A stretch of DNA of 64,000 bases from Fibrobacter sp. UBA4297 (GCF_002394865.1 NZ_DGUZ01000012.1:94021-158020); one strand, 5' to 3'; counted from the stretch's first letter, positions 10,101 to 19,596 are shown. Made by a program: numbers and translations. The notes: generated by a model not told the origin, from the sequence alone.

Positions 10101-11057
10101 TTCGTCGCGGATTTCGCCACCACTACCCGTAGCGGCACCCGGGAACGGAGAAATGGCCGTCGGGTGGTTGTGGGTTTCGACCTTCATCAAAATATCGACT
10201 TCTTCGTTGTGGAAGTCGTACTTGTTCGTACGCGGATCCGCGTAGAAACGTCCAGCCGTTGCACCTTTCATCACAGCCGCGTTATCCTTATAAGCGCTGA
10301 AGATGTTGGAATTGTGAAGCTGGTAAGTGTTCTTGATCATCTGGAACAAGGACTTGTCCTGCTTCACGCCATCGATGGTCCATTCGGCACCGAACACCTT
10401 GTGACGGCAGTGTTCCGAGTTGGCCTGAGCGAACATGTAAAGTTCAACGTCGGTCGGGTTGCGCTTGAGTTCAGTGAAGTTCTTGACGAGATAATCGATT
10501 TCGTCGGCGGAGAGGGCAAGACCCATTTCCTTGTCAGCCTTCACGAGAGCGTTGCGGCCTTCGGTAAGCACCGGAATCACATTGAGCGGACGCGGTTCTT
10601 CCTTGCTGAAGAGAACTTCGAGAGCGGCAGTGTCGGCAAACACAGCCTGCGTCATGCGGTCGTGAATCTTGGCAGAAATCTTTTCACGGGCGCCAGCTGG
10701 AGCAGCACCTTCAAACTTCACGTAGTAAGCAATAGCACGTTCAATGCGCTTGATAGCCGGGAGGCCGCAGATGTGAGCGATATCGGTCGCTTTGGAGCTC
10801 CACGGGCTAATCGTACCCGGACGCGGGCAGACCACAAAGAGTTCACCTTCGAGCGCCTTGACTTCGCGCATCGGGCCGTAATGAAGGACCTTTTCGAGCG
10901 TTTCCTTTTCGGAATCGGTCAGGTCGGCGGACAAATCCACCACATGGAGGAATTCGGCATACACAGATGCAACCGGAATCCCAGCGGCCTTAAAATCAGA
11001 TGAAAGCTTTTGCAGACGGAAATCCGACAGAGCCGGAGTACCACGAAGAATGAGCAT
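7182..11057 (-). CDS. purL: Phosphoribosylformylglycinamidine synthase (single-chain large PurL)
   Basis: 1291 aa. It starts [18 protein letters not shown] like enterobacterial PurL and has a C-terminal GATase region (GVCNGCQ). Confidence 0.9.
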   Translation of the reverse strand: MLILRGTPALSDFRLQKLSSDFKAAGIPVASVYAEFLHVVDLSADLTDSEKETLEKVLHYGPMREVKALEGELFVVCPRPGTISPWSSKATDIAHICGLPAIKRIERAIAYYVKFEGAAPAGAREKISAKIHDRMTQAVFADTAALEVLFSKEEPRPLNVIPVLTEGRNALVKADKEMGLALSADEIDYLVKNFTELKRNPTDVELYMFAQANSEHCRHKVFGAEWTIDGVKQDKSLFQMIKNTYQLHNSNIFSAYKDNAAVMKGATAGRFYADPRTNKYDFHNEEVDILMKVETHNHPTAISPFPGAATGSGGEIRDEGATGKGSKPKAGLTGFSVSNLKLPGAVQPWEKDFGSPSRIASALDIMIEGPLGGAAFNNEYGRPNILGYFRTFEQEVSSEKGTEVRGYHKPIMLAGGLGNIKHQHIEKGHIDPGDHLIVLGGPAMLIGLGGGAASSVANGAGNESLDFASVQRENPEMERRCQEVIDRCWAMNEENPITFIHDVGAGGLSNAFPELVNDGGLGGKFELRNVPNDEPGMSPFEIWSNESQERYVIAIAGDKLDVFDAICKRERCPYAVVGEAIPEKHLTLTDKYFGTTPIDMPLGVLLGKPPRMIRNEKSQKRPLSSTVVPAGVTVKDVAHRVLANPTVADKTFLISIGDRSVTGMICRDQMVGPWQVPVADCAVTSATLDTYEGEVMSMGERAPIALISPAAAARMTVAESLTNMAAACVPDMGRVNLSANWMATPNYEGDGADLYEAVKSIGMELCPELGITIPVGKDSMSMSTVWQDEKGSHRVTAPISLVISAFAPCADVRKTLTPQLLQKKDTTLVLVDLARGKNRMGASIAAQVYNNLGDKAPDVDSAKELRAFFETIQKLNADGKIMAYHDKSDGGLYTTVVEMAFAGHVGVTLDAAALQGNVIDALFNEELGAVLQVANADLAAVKAAFEAAGLGDTVSEIGKLNDTYNIVIGDYAEGLSDLRAIWSDTTRRIAALRDNPECAESEYKLKLEQDDPGITPKVTFDVAASAKIIKDYASRPKMAILREQGVNGELEMAAAFQKAGFESIDVHMTDILEGRVSLKDFNGLVACGGFSYGDVLGAGEGWAKSILFNPKARAEFEAYFNRKDTFTLGVCNGCQMVSNLKDLIPGAKHWPRFVQNISERFEARYCSLKVEDTPAVLLKGMAGSVLPIAVAHGEGRAEFASREAAEACLKTGLVALRYVDGKHEYTERYPLNPNGSPFGINGLCSEDGRALVMMPHPERVFRTCQYSWHPAEWGEDGPWMQLFRNGRIFVG

Positions 11058-11090
11058 TTTGACCTCTTTTAGCCTAAATATTTTACGCCG

Positions 11091-11098
11091 CAAATATA
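11091..11098 (-). promoter_or_regulatory. -7-type box TATATTTG upstream of purL
   Basis: Exact TAnnTTTG 33 nt before the ATG, with an AGAGG SD in between. Confidence 0.45.
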
Positions 11099-11123
11099 GC
11101 AATTTGAGGATATTTTCAAACGG

Positions 11124-11147
11124 AAAAAGCTCCGCAAAATGCGGAGC
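11124..11147 (-). terminator. hisD terminator
   Basis: GCTCCGC/GCGGAGC stem followed by TTTTT on the minus strand. Confidence 0.6.
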
Positions 11148-11193
11148 CGTTTCATAAAATGAAAATAGAACTGTGTAAGGCGATTCCGGCATA

Positions 11194-11231
11194 CTTCGAC
11201 TGCGCTCAGCACAAGCTCCGGCCGGAATGAC
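11194..11231 (-). repeat. GTCATTCC-type 3'-UTR element
   Basis: The minus strand reads GTCATTCCGGCCGGAGCTTGTGCTGAGCGCAGTCGAAG. It lies directly after the hisD stop. Confidence 0.55.
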
Positions 11232-11240
11232 AATTCACAA

Positions 11241-12530
11241 TTACAGTCTCTTGAGGACTGCGGCGGCGTGGTGGATGAAGCCTTCTTCATTAGCCACGAC
11301 AGCAATTGCCTTTGCGTTCTTCTTGATAGCCTTTTCGGAGTACTTGATGATGCTCATGCGCTTGAGGAAGTCATAGACGCCGAGCGGGCTAAAGAAGCGA
11401 CCCGTGCCGTTCGTGGGGAGAACGTGGTTCGGGCCTGCAAAGTAGTCGCCCACCGGTTCAGAAGACCACGGGCCGATAAACACGGCACCCGCATTTTCAA
11501 TCTGGGCCGCCATGGATTCGGCTTCGTCCGTCATAATTTCCATGTGTTCCGGAGCAATGGCGTTAGCAATGGCCACACCGTCGAACCAATCCTTCACCAC
11601 GAGGATGCGACCGAAGTTATCGAGCACCTTCGTCAAAAGTTCCTTCTTCGGGGAATTTTCGACCTGGATGTCCACACATTCACTAATCATCTGTGCGGTT
11701 TCCATGTTGTCCGTAATGCAGATGGCGGCTTCAAAGCCAGAACCGTGTTCTGCCTGGCTCAAGAGGTCAGCAGCGACAAAGTCCGGATCGCAGGTATTGT
11801 CTGCAAGCACGAGCACTTCGGACGGGCCTGCCACCATGTCGATATCCACAATGCCAAAAACTTCCTTCTTCGCGACAGCGGCAAAAACGTTACCCGGGCC
11901 CACAATCTTGTCGACGCGTTCCACGACAACCTTGCCCTTGCCATCCTTGGCACCGTAAGCGAGCATACCGATAGCCTGAGCGCCACCGATATGGTAAACT
12001 TCGGTAATGCCGAGTTCGCAAAGCACAAAAGCGACCGCGCGGTTGATTTCGCCCTTGATCGGAGTCACGACAACGATGTCCTTGACACCTGCGACAATGG
12101 CCGGGACCGCATTCATGATGACCGTGCTCGGGTAAATGCCAGCACCACCAGGAACATAAAGGCCCACGCGTTTCATCGGGCGGATACGCTGACCGAGAAC
12201 CACGCCGTCCTTGCCTTCCATGAGCCAGGAATCTTCCATCTGGTTCACGTGGAAATCGCGGACGTTCTTGATAGCCTGCTTGAGCGCACGCTGCATTTCA
12301 GGCGGGCACTTGGCAGCAGACTTCTTGATTTCGGCTTCGGACACGCGGAGGTTCTTACCCTTGAGGCCATCGAACTTCTGAGCGTATTCCACAGCCTTGG
12401 CATAACCGCCGTTCTTGATGTCGGCGAGGATGTCCATGACCTTGTCGTGAATTTCCTTGCTCGGAGCTACTTCACGACCACAAATTCTGTCAATCTCTTG
12501 AGACTTCGGAGTGACTTTTACGATTTTCAT
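11241..12530 (-). CDS. hisD: Histidinol dehydrogenase
   Basis: 429 aa with typical HisD blocks (GPGNVFV, QAEHG, APEH). Confidence 0.85.
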   Translation of the reverse strand: MKIVKVTPKSQEIDRICGREVAPSKEIHDKVMDILADIKNGGYAKAVEYAQKFDGLKGKNLRVSEAEIKKSAAKCPPEMQRALKQAIKNVRDFHVNQMEDSWLMEGKDGVVLGQRIRPMKRVGLYVPGGAGIYPSTVIMNAVPAIVAGVKDIVVVTPIKGEINRAVAFVLCELGITEVYHIGGAQAIGMLAYGAKDGKGKVVVERVDKIVGPGNVFAAVAKKEVFGIVDIDMVAGPSEVLVLADNTCDPDFVAADLLSQAEHGSGFEAAICITDNMETAQMISECVDIQVENSPKKELLTKVLDNFGRILVVKDWFDGVAIANAIAPEHMEIMTDEAESMAAQIENAGAVFIGPWSSEPVGDYFAGPNHVLPTNGTGRFFSPLGVYDFLKRMSIIKYSEKAIKKNAKAIAVVANEEGFIHHAAAVLKRL

Positions 12531-12599
12531 TTTAACAGACCTTCTGTTTTTAAACTCTTAAACTCGACTTTTGTGCACTCTTACAAGATTTCACGCAAA

Positions 12600-14243
12600 C
12601 TAAGCGTTTTCGGCGAGCCCTTCGCTTGAGGCGGCCACATCCAAATGCTTGTATGCATTCGGGATAACGTTGTCTTCAAGCAAAATCTTGTATGTAAGGC
12701 CATCGACAAAAGCAGTCCAACAGGCCTCAATGATGTTGCTCGAAACGCCGACCATATTCCAGTAGCCGTGTTCATCGCCAAACGTCGTCCACACGCGAAC
12801 CGTTGCATCGGATGCCACATTGGAACCCAGCACGCGTACCTTGAAATCGTCCAGGCGCACACTTTCCATGCACGGGAAGAACGGCAAAAGCGCCTTGCGG
12901 AGAGCGGCATCGAGTGCGTTCACCGGGCCATCGCCCTCGCTCACCTGATGGCTAATCTTGTCGCCCACCTGGAGCTTGACCGTTGCCTGCGACACGGATA
13001 CACCCTGCGGAGTCTTGTCTTCAATGACGCGATAGTTCAAGACCTTGAACGGTTCCTTGACCATTCCCAAGTGGCGGTACACGAGCAACTTAAAACTCGC
13101 TTCGGCACTATCGAAATGCCAGCCCGCATTTTCGCGTTCCTTGATTTCCTTGAGGAGGCTTGCCACCACCGGATCCTTCTTGTCGATACCCGGCTTGATG
13201 GCCTTGAGCTTTTCGACAACGAGAGAACCACCGGCCTGGTCGCTTGTCACGAACACGCGGTCGTTGCCCACGGAATGCGGGTCGATATGTTCAAAACTGC
13301 GGCTGACCTTCATGACGCCATCGATGTGGGCACCCCCCTTATGGGCAAATGCGGCATCGCCCACGTACGGAGCATGCACGTCACTGGGCAAATTTACAAT
13401 CTGGTCGATATTGCTGCTCAACTGGCGCAAGTGCGAGAGCTTCTTTGCAGCGGTAAAATCGCAGTCCATCTTGAACTTCAAATCAGCAGCAATCGTCGTG
13501 AGGTTGGCGTTACCACAGCGTTCACCGTAACCATTCACCACGCCCTGCACCATGATACAGCCCGCCTTCACAGCGTAAATCGAGTTTGCCACGGCAAGTC
13601 CACTGTCGTTATGCACATGGATGCCCAGCGGCGTCGAAATACGCTTTTGCACTTCCGCAATAATCTGTTCAATCTCCCACGGCATCGTTCCGCCATTCGT
13701 ATCGCAAAGCACGATGCAATCGGCATGGCCAAGTTCGGCTGCCTTGAGCGTTTCGAGCGCATATTCCGGATTCGCCTTGTAGCCATCGAAAAAATGTTCC
13801 GCATCGTAAATCACCTCTTCGGAATGTTCCTTGAGGTATGCGACAGAAGACTCGATCATGTCGAGGTTTTCTTCGAGAGTCGTGCGGATAACGTCCGTCA
13901 CATGCAAATCCCAGCTCTTGCCGAAAATCGTCTTGACCGGAGCTTCGGACTTGATGAGCGCCTGCAAAAGCGGGTCGTTCTCGGGCAAAATACCCGGACG
14001 GCGCGTGCTGCCAAACGCAGCAATCTTTGCATGCTTGAGCTTTACGTCCTTGATGAGCTTGAAAAATTCCTCATCGGTCGGATTGCTGGGGTTCGGCCAA
14101 CCGCCTTCAATATAGTCAAATCCAAAGTGGTCCAAAATTCGAGCGATCTGGACTTTATCAGCTAAGGAGAGACTTATTTTACGGTCTTGGTTACCGTCAC
14201 GGAGCGTTGTATCGTATAAAAGGACTTTTTTAGAAGAATTCAT
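12600..14243 (-). CDS. cimA: Citramalate synthase / 2-isopropylmalate synthase family (LeuA-related)
   Basis: LYDTTLRDGNQ HMGL-like barrel start, 547 aa and a C-terminal LeuA-dimerisation-like region. Confidence 0.6.
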   Translation of the reverse strand: MNSSKKVLLYDTTLRDGNQDRKISLSLADKVQIARILDHFGFDYIEGGWPNPSNPTDEEFFKLIKDVKLKHAKIAAFGSTRRPGILPENDPLLQALIKSEAPVKTIFGKSWDLHVTDVIRTTLEENLDMIESSVAYLKEHSEEVIYDAEHFFDGYKANPEYALETLKAAELGHADCIVLCDTNGGTMPWEIEQIIAEVQKRISTPLGIHVHNDSGLAVANSIYAVKAGCIMVQGVVNGYGERCGNANLTTIAADLKFKMDCDFTAAKKLSHLRQLSSNIDQIVNLPSDVHAPYVGDAAFAHKGGAHIDGVMKVSRSFEHIDPHSVGNDRVFVTSDQAGGSLVVEKLKAIKPGIDKKDPVVASLLKEIKERENAGWHFDSAEASFKLLVYRHLGMVKEPFKVLNYRVIEDKTPQGVSVSQATVKLQVGDKISHQVSEGDGPVNALDAALRKALLPFFPCMESVRLDDFKVRVLGSNVASDATVRVWTTFGDEHGYWNMVGVSSNIIEACWTAFVDGLTYKILLEDNVIPNAYKHLDVAASSEGLAENA

Positions 14244-14245
14244 GG

Positions 14246-14302
14246 TTGTAAAGATAGAAAAAAAGAGTAGACAGTAGGAAGTAGACGGTAGGAAGTTGTT
14301 AG
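14246..14302 (-). promoter_or_regulatory. About 55-nt promoter cassette: box TATCTTTA (14249-14256) plus upstream heptad array (14268-14295)
   Basis: Near-identical to 17826-17881 upstream of slyD. Confidence 0.5.
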
Positions 14303-14441
14303 GTGGGGGAAGTCTCCCCCTGATTTCTGTTTCGTCAGGCTAATGACATAGAAAAGGTTGGTGAGCCTGCCGAACCATCCATCACCCTCTCTAGCGGGCT
14401 TCAGACGCCAGCCCGCAACGCCCGGCTTATCGCAGTAATCG

Positions 14442-15557
14442 CTATTCCCTATCGTCAAAAGCTTCGGCGTCTTCGGGTTCTTCAACCGTCCATTCGCGAA
14501 TGTGCTTTGCAAGTTCTGTTGCACCGGCGCGTTCCACCTCATCCGAAATCGCATTCAGTTCCGACGCATCGAGGCCAGGCAAATCCTTTTCGTAATGATT
14601 GACGTAGCTTTCGAGCAATTCGAATTTCTTCAAGTTTGCAAGGAGCATCATCAAGCTCGTATCGCACTTGCCACTATCGCGGTACTTGATGTGATCGAAC
14701 AAAAGCTTGTCGACACCAGCATCGTCTTTGAGCATACAAAGCCGCGAAAGGTTCATGACCTTCGGATAGCATTCGTACAAACGAGTGGCGTACTTGAGGC
14801 AATCCGTCTTGCGGCCTTCGCTGTCAGCAATGGCGGCCTGCAAATCGAGGAACGCTTCTTCGTCTTCGGCACCCGGATCATTCACATCGCCGAGCCACTG
14901 CTTTGCCATGGAAATGTTGCCAGCAACAAAGTAAGAGTTTGCAATATCGATGAGCGTTGCATTGCTCTTGTCCGGGTCCTTGTAAAGCGAGGCCTTCGCA
15001 AAGTTTTCCGTATCCTTGATGGCATCCGCCATGTCGCAAATGGCATCGAGAACGTCTTCGCGATTTTCAAGTTCCGTCGCATCGATTACGCCTAAGAGCT
15101 CTTCAATCAATGCCTTCGCGCGCTGCACCGGCATGACGTCTTCAATCGAGAGGAACACGACTTCGCGACCTTCCCCACCCACGTGGCGTACAGCCAAATC
15201 GTGAATCAAGTCCGCAATGTAATCCTTGTCGTCATAAGTCTTCGCGACTTCAATAAAGAACGTTCCGGCATCGTAGAACAAGTCGTTCCACGTATCCATA
15301 TCCTCATCATCAGCCTTGAACGCCAAGAAATCGCAGCGAAGCGTCCAGGCCAAAAGTTCAAGCTGGAGCTTCACATCCTTGATTTTTTCAATATCGTCAA
15401 GACCGTTCGCAATAGCCTCGTACAGTTCGTCCGGGCGGTGCAATAAACGGCTTTGTCCGTTCACAATTTCGCAAAGAGTCTTGCGAAGACGGTCTTCTTT
15501 ACCACGAAAAGCCGCCTCAGCAGAAGGCGACTTCCAAAACTTTTTCTTTTTAGCCAT
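14442..15557 (-). CDS. Hypothetical acidic helical protein
   Basis: A long ORF with coding-like composition and a TACATTTA box 4 nt upstream. No motif was recognised. Confidence 0.5.
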   Translation of the reverse strand: MAKKKKFWKSPSAEAAFRGKEDRLRKTLCEIVNGQSRLLHRPDELYEAIANGLDDIEKIKDVKLQLELLAWTLRCDFLAFKADDEDMDTWNDLFYDAGTFFIEVAKTYDDKDYIADLIHDLAVRHVGGEGREVVFLSIEDVMPVQRAKALIEELLGVIDATELENREDVLDAICDMADAIKDTENFAKASLYKDPDKSNATLIDIANSYFVAGNISMAKQWLGDVNDPGAEDEEAFLDLQAAIADSEGRKTDCLKYATRLYECYPKVMNLSRLCMLKDDAGVDKLLFDHIKYRDSGKCDTSLMMLLANLKKFELLESYVNHYEKDLPGLDASELNAISDEVERAGATELAKHIREWTVEEPEDAEAFDDRE

Positions 15558-15561
15558 GTTC

Positions 15562-15569
15562 TAAATGTA
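15562..15569 (-). promoter_or_regulatory. -7-type box TACATTTA, 4 nt from the ATG
   Basis: It lies in the 16-nt gap after the upstream stop codon. Confidence 0.4.
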
Positions 15570-15573
15570 GAAA

Positions 15574-17046
15574 TTACTCAGTCCAACTAAATGCAGGATA
15601 GCCGCCAAATGTAGCCGAACCCGCTTTCCAGACACCGTCAGTCCCGCTCAAAGTAGCAATGAACGTCGCAGCCTTCATTTCTTCAGTTGCAAAACCGCTC
15701 GGGAGTTCCATCCCCATCTGGTTTGCAATCACAAGGCAAGATCCGCCAACAGTCTTGTCGTAATAGACATTCTTGAGCGTCACGGACGAAGCAGCCTTGC
15801 CGGCAACCGTTCCAGATACGTTGTTATCAGGAATTTTACCTGCATTATAGCTAGATTCCATCGTGGTCTCGCCATCAACAACACCAACAAGTCCACCCAT
15901 GTTGGACGCCTTGCCAGAAAGCTCACCAAGATTGAACATGCCCGAACCGTTAACAGACTTCATGCTTCCAATAACACCGCCAGCAGACATAGACCTTACG
16001 ACCGTAATAGGAGCCGTATTAAAGACCTCCTTCACGACGGACTTGCTCGAGGCCACGGCAACAACGCCTCCGACATTGCCAATCTGGCTAGAATCCGCAT
16101 CTACGGCCCCGAAATTTCCGGAGCGTTCCAAACGGGTCGACGAGAGAGTAGCGACAACGCCAGCCACATCCTTTGTCCCCTTTACGGTTCCATAGTTCAT
16201 GGCATCGATAATCACACCATCCGTATTTACACTAGCAAATGAACCGACAACGCCAGCAACAGTCACAGAGCCAGAAACTTTTGCCTTGTTCATCACGGTT
16301 GCTATGGAACCATCTTGCATACGGCCAACAATACCGCCTACAGAATTTGTTCCCTGAACCGTTCCTGACACAACCACGCTCAGAACTTCGACCGTCGAAG
16401 CTTCACCCACCAGGCCACCAACTCGGTCGGTACCCTTGATTTCAACATCCTCCAACGTGCAATTTTCGACTGTAGTCGAATCCATCTTACCCGCAAGGAC
16501 ACCTGCATAGGAACCAACATCCAGTTTAGCGCCTTTAATAACAATGTTAGAGATGTGGGCACCACGAGTCAGCCCGAACAAGCCACTATAGCTTGTGGTA
16601 TCGGTAATGTTCAGCCCCGAAATTGTCTTGAGACCGCCATCAAAAGTACCGCTAAAAGGCCTATTTCCGTAGCCGTAAACGTTCTTGCCAAAAACGCCAA
16701 TTGGGCTCCAGGTCTTGGTGAACGCTATATCAGCAGTTTGCTTAAAAAATTTGTCCTTAAAAGTCATCGACGAGTCGTTCACGTAAAACGCCAGCATAGA
16801 AAGATCCTGTTCGCTTGTAATTTGGAACGGATTTTCAGCTGTTCCCTCGCCTTTCCAGACCAAGGAATAGTCCCTTGTTATGGGCTTAAATTCTTCATTA
16901 GGAATATTTGGGGTAACAGTATCACCAGGTTGTTCCTGCGGTTTTTCGCTCTCAGATTGAGGCGCATTAAATGACGGATTGTCGTCACTACAAGCAAACA
17001 GAAACATGGGCAAAGCGGCCACAGGTAAAATTTTAGCAATACGCAT
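15574..17046 (-). CDS. Surface lipoprotein with GLUG-type repeats
   Basis: Lipobox MRIAKILPVAALPMFLFAC and recurring GGLVG/GGIVG/AGVVG/GGVVA repeats. An SD AAGAGG precedes 17046. Confidence 0.6.
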   Translation of the reverse strand: MRIAKILPVAALPMFLFACSDDNPSFNAPQSESEKPQEQPGDTVTPNIPNEEFKPITRDYSLVWKGEGTAENPFQITSEQDLSMLAFYVNDSSMTFKDKFFKQTADIAFTKTWSPIGVFGKNVYGYGNRPFSGTFDGGLKTISGLNITDTTSYSGLFGLTRGAHISNIVIKGAKLDVGSYAGVLAGKMDSTTVENCTLEDVEIKGTDRVGGLVGEASTVEVLSVVVSGTVQGTNSVGGIVGRMQDGSIATVMNKAKVSGSVTVAGVVGSFASVNTDGVIIDAMNYGTVKGTKDVAGVVATLSSTRLERSGNFGAVDADSSQIGNVGGVVAVASSKSVVKEVFNTAPITVVRSMSAGGVIGSMKSVNGSGMFNLGELSGKASNMGGLVGVVDGETTMESSYNAGKIPDNNVSGTVAGKAASSVTLKNVYYDKTVGGSCLVIANQMGMELPSGFATEEMKAATFIATLSGTDGVWKAGSATFGGYPAFSWTE

Positions 17047-17194
17047 ATCCAACCTCTTGGGTAAAGTACCACACTCCACATTTAAATTAAATAAAAAAAG
17101 ACCAGAACGTACTACCGTTCCAGTCTTTTTTGAAAATTTTCGACATAGCAAGGCCGACCTTTGAAGGACACCTTGATTCTAAGCCTAAGTTACC

Positions 17195-17779
17195 TTATTC
17201 CTTATGGTGTTCGGCGTGGTGTTCGCAACCGCAGCCGCCCTTGCCATCGCAATTTTCCTTATGGCCGTGACCGCCACATTCGCATTCGTGGTCTTCACCA
17301 TCGTGACCACCGCAGCAGCAATGGTGTTCAAACGGCTTGAGGTCATCTTCAGTAGCTTCGCGAACAGAGACAACTTCAATAGCAAAGTTGAGGTTCTTGC
17401 CAGCAAGTTCGTGGTTAGCGTCGATAATAGCCGTCTTTTCACCAACAGACTTGATGCGGATCGGCATCGGACCACCCGGAGTCTGGGCATAGAAAGCCAT
17501 GCCTGCTTCGACCTTGTCGACTCCCTGGAACACGTTCAGCGGAACTTCCTGAGTCATGCGTTCGTCGTATTCGCCGTAGCCTTCTGCCGGAATGACGACA
17601 ACGTCAAACTTGTCGCCCACATCGTGACCGACCATAGCCTTTTCGAGACCCGGAACGATCATGCGCATGCCCTGGATGTACTGGAGCGGTTCGCGACCTT
17701 CGGAGGAATCGATTACAGCACCTTCATCGGACTTCAGGGTGTAGTGCATCTGGACAACTGTTTTTTCTGCAATTTTCAT
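17195..17779 (-). CDS. slyD: SlyD-type FKBP peptidyl-prolyl isomerase with a Cys/His-rich metal-binding tail
   Basis: FKBP plus IF-domain layout. The tail reads HHCCCGGHDGEDHECECGGHGHKENCDGKGGCGCEHHAEHH. Confidence 0.8.
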   Translation of the reverse strand: MKIAEKTVVQMHYTLKSDEGAVIDSSEGREPLQYIQGMRMIVPGLEKAMVGHDVGDKFDVVVIPAEGYGEYDERMTQEVPLNVFQGVDKVEAGMAFYAQTPGGPMPIRIKSVGEKTAIIDANHELAGKNLNFAIEVVSVREATEDDLKPFEHHCCCGGHDGEDHECECGGHGHKENCDGKGGCGCEHHAEHHKE

Positions 17780-17825
17780 AAATATCCTTTAGAATCGCGA
17801 GCGAACCCGCGGTTGAATCTTGAAG

Positions 17826-17881
17826 CCCAAATGTAGAAAAAATAGTAGACAGTAGGAAGTAGACTGTAGGAAGTGGTTAGA
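17826..17881 (-). promoter_or_regulatory. Promoter cassette: box TACATTTG (17828-17835) plus heptad array (17846-17873)
   Basis: Homologous to 14246-14302. Confidence 0.5.
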
Positions 17882-17912
17882 CGAGAGATCGCTTCTCCTC
17901 AAAGAGGATAAC

Positions 17913-17941
17913 TCAACTAAGGCAACAAGTTGCCAAGTTTC
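17913..17941 (+). repeat. 29-nt repeat TCAACTAAGGCAACAAGTTGCCAAGTTTC
   Basis: Identical copy at 44810-44838. It contains the hairpin GGCAAC-aa-GTTGCC. Confidence 0.8.
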
Positions 17942-18023
17942 GTATAGCTGGTAGACGAGAGACGAAAGAGTAATAATCGTGGCTTCGCTACCATATGTTG
18001 ATAAAAAAATGCTTTTTTCACAA

Positions 18024-18069
18024 CCTCTCGTCTTTCGTCTGTAGGACCTTTGGTCCGTTCTTTCGTCTA
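18024..18069 (-). repeat. TAGACGAAAG hairpin module (copy 1)
   Basis: The minus strand reads TAGACGAAAGAACGGACCAAAGGTCCTACAGACGAAAGACGAGAGG. Its first TAG is the nadE stop codon. Confidence 0.8.
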
Positions 18070-19542
18070 ACAAGAAACCTGGCTCTCGCGGTATTCACCG
18101 CCAAAGGCATGCCCACTCACGGAAAGAATCGGCGGGAACTGGATGCGCTTTGCCAAGGCAAGTCCCTTGAACCTACGGTACCAGAAGCGCATGTCTTCGA
18201 GCACAGCTTCGGTCGTTGGCAAATGAGCCTTAAAATAGGCGGCATCCACACCGAGCGTTTCGCAAATCAAGCCTTGCGCTGCAAGCTTTTCGGTAAATTC
18301 AAGACTCACGCCCTTCTCGACCCACATCGCAAAGAGTTTGTCATGGTACGGGTAAAGAATCGGGTCACCCTTGCCTTCATCGACATTCATTGCATCACTG
18401 AGTTCTGCGCTCGCCGGGATGTCAATAGACGCCTTCGGGATGATTTCAGAATCGCGATTGATGTAACGGGCTAGCGCATAGACCTGAGTTTTCCACAAGT
18501 CGCCAAGAGCGCACATCACACCGCAAGTATCGCCGTACAGCGTGCAGTAACCGACCATGGCCTCGCTCTTGTTGCCATTGCAAGTCACGCCGGCCCCCAC
18601 CACAGATGCAACCGTCGAAAGAATCGAAGCAGAGCGCGTCCTCGCCTGCAAGTTCTCGTGATTGATACCTGCAACCTTCATCACCGTATCGTTACGCACA
18701 AAAGAGCAACGTTCCAGCGTATGGCAAACAGATTCAATGATGTCCGAAATCGGGGCGACCATGTACGGCGTTCCAAGGTTCTCGGCCAAGTCACGTGCCG
18801 CATTCTTCGTCGTATCGGAATTGAAGCGCGTGGGCATGTTCACGAGGTAAACATTCTGCGGTCCAATCGCTTCGGCATAAAGAGCGGCAGAAACGGCGCT
18901 ATCGATACCGCCACTTGCCCCAATGACCATGCGCGAGATATGGAACATCTTCAAGTTCTCGCGAATCATGAACACGAGCGCATCGTGAATCTCGGCAATT
19001 TCACTTGTGTAAGGCTTTGAGGATTCCGCATAGACCTGCACCTGGCCATCGACAAATTCAATAACTGCCTCCGCTTCGCTAAAGAGCGGCATTTCAAAAA
19101 CGATTTTGCCATCGCAGTCAAACACGCGGCTACCGCCCGAAAGCGCATAAATATTCTTTCCGGTATTGTCAGTCCCGACGCCATTGAGGCAAACGACAGG
19201 CATGGCACAATCCTGAGCCAAGTGCGAAAGTTCCTTGTTTTCGACTTCGCGACGACCGACCACATAAAAGTCACTGCCATGAGTCACATGCGCCACATTC
19301 AAAAGCGGCGTATCGTCAAGCACGTCCCCGCACAAGAAGAACGGCATGTTGCCCGCATACTTGCGGATCTCGGCCCAGTCTACGGGGAGCGCCCTGTTGC
19401 TTGGCCCAGTAAGTGCATATCGTGGAAACACAACGCAATCTACTTCGGCAGCCTTAGCACGGTCAAAAGCGGCCTTCATCGTTTGCATATTTGCCTGCAC
19501 ATTGCCCGGCAAAATTTTCATCTGTACCACATAAAGTTTCAT
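18067..19542 (-). CDS. nadE: NAD+ synthetase with a short, apparently degenerate N-terminal CN-hydrolase-like domain
   Basis: PP-loop GASGGIDSAV and 491 aa from MKLYVVQ. VVFPRYALTG occurs where glutaminase-active enzymes have PE. Confidence 0.7.
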   Translation of the reverse strand: MKLYVVQMKILPGNVQANMQTMKAAFDRAKAAEVDCVVFPRYALTGPSNRALPVDWAEIRKYAGNMPFFLCGDVLDDTPLLNVAHVTHGSDFYVVGRREVENKELSHLAQDCAMPVVCLNGVGTDNTGKNIYALSGGSRVFDCDGKIVFEMPLFSEAEAVIEFVDGQVQVYAESSKPYTSEIAEIHDALVFMIRENLKMFHISRMVIGASGGIDSAVSAALYAEAIGPQNVYLVNMPTRFNSDTTKNAARDLAENLGTPYMVAPISDIIESVCHTLERCSFVRNDTVMKVAGINHENLQARTRSASILSTVASVVGAGVTCNGNKSEAMVGYCTLYGDTCGVMCALGDLWKTQVYALARYINRDSEIIPKASIDIPASAELSDAMNVDEGKGDPILYPYHDKLFAMWVEKGVSLEFTEKLAAQGLICETLGVDAAYFKAHLPTTEAVLEDMRFWYRRFKGLALAKRIQFPPILSVSGHAFGGEYRESQVSC

Positions 19543-19565
19543 TTCAATATCCTCTGCGCTAGAAA

Positions 19566-19596
19566 ATAAAAAAATGCACCGCCCATGAGCGATGCC
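19566..19596 (-). terminator. Terminator of the 19697-21058 lipoprotein gene
   Basis: GCATCGC/GCGGTGC stem followed by a T-run on the minus strand. Confidence 0.5.

Noticed and set aside
11058-11192. N-terminal extension of purL
   Set aside because: PurL homologues start at the MLILRG-type sequence. The extension covers a promoter box and a terminator.
11268-14165. 453-aa and 506-aa plus-strand ORFs opposite hisD and cimA
   Set aside because: They are antisense shadows of genes with strong family motifs.
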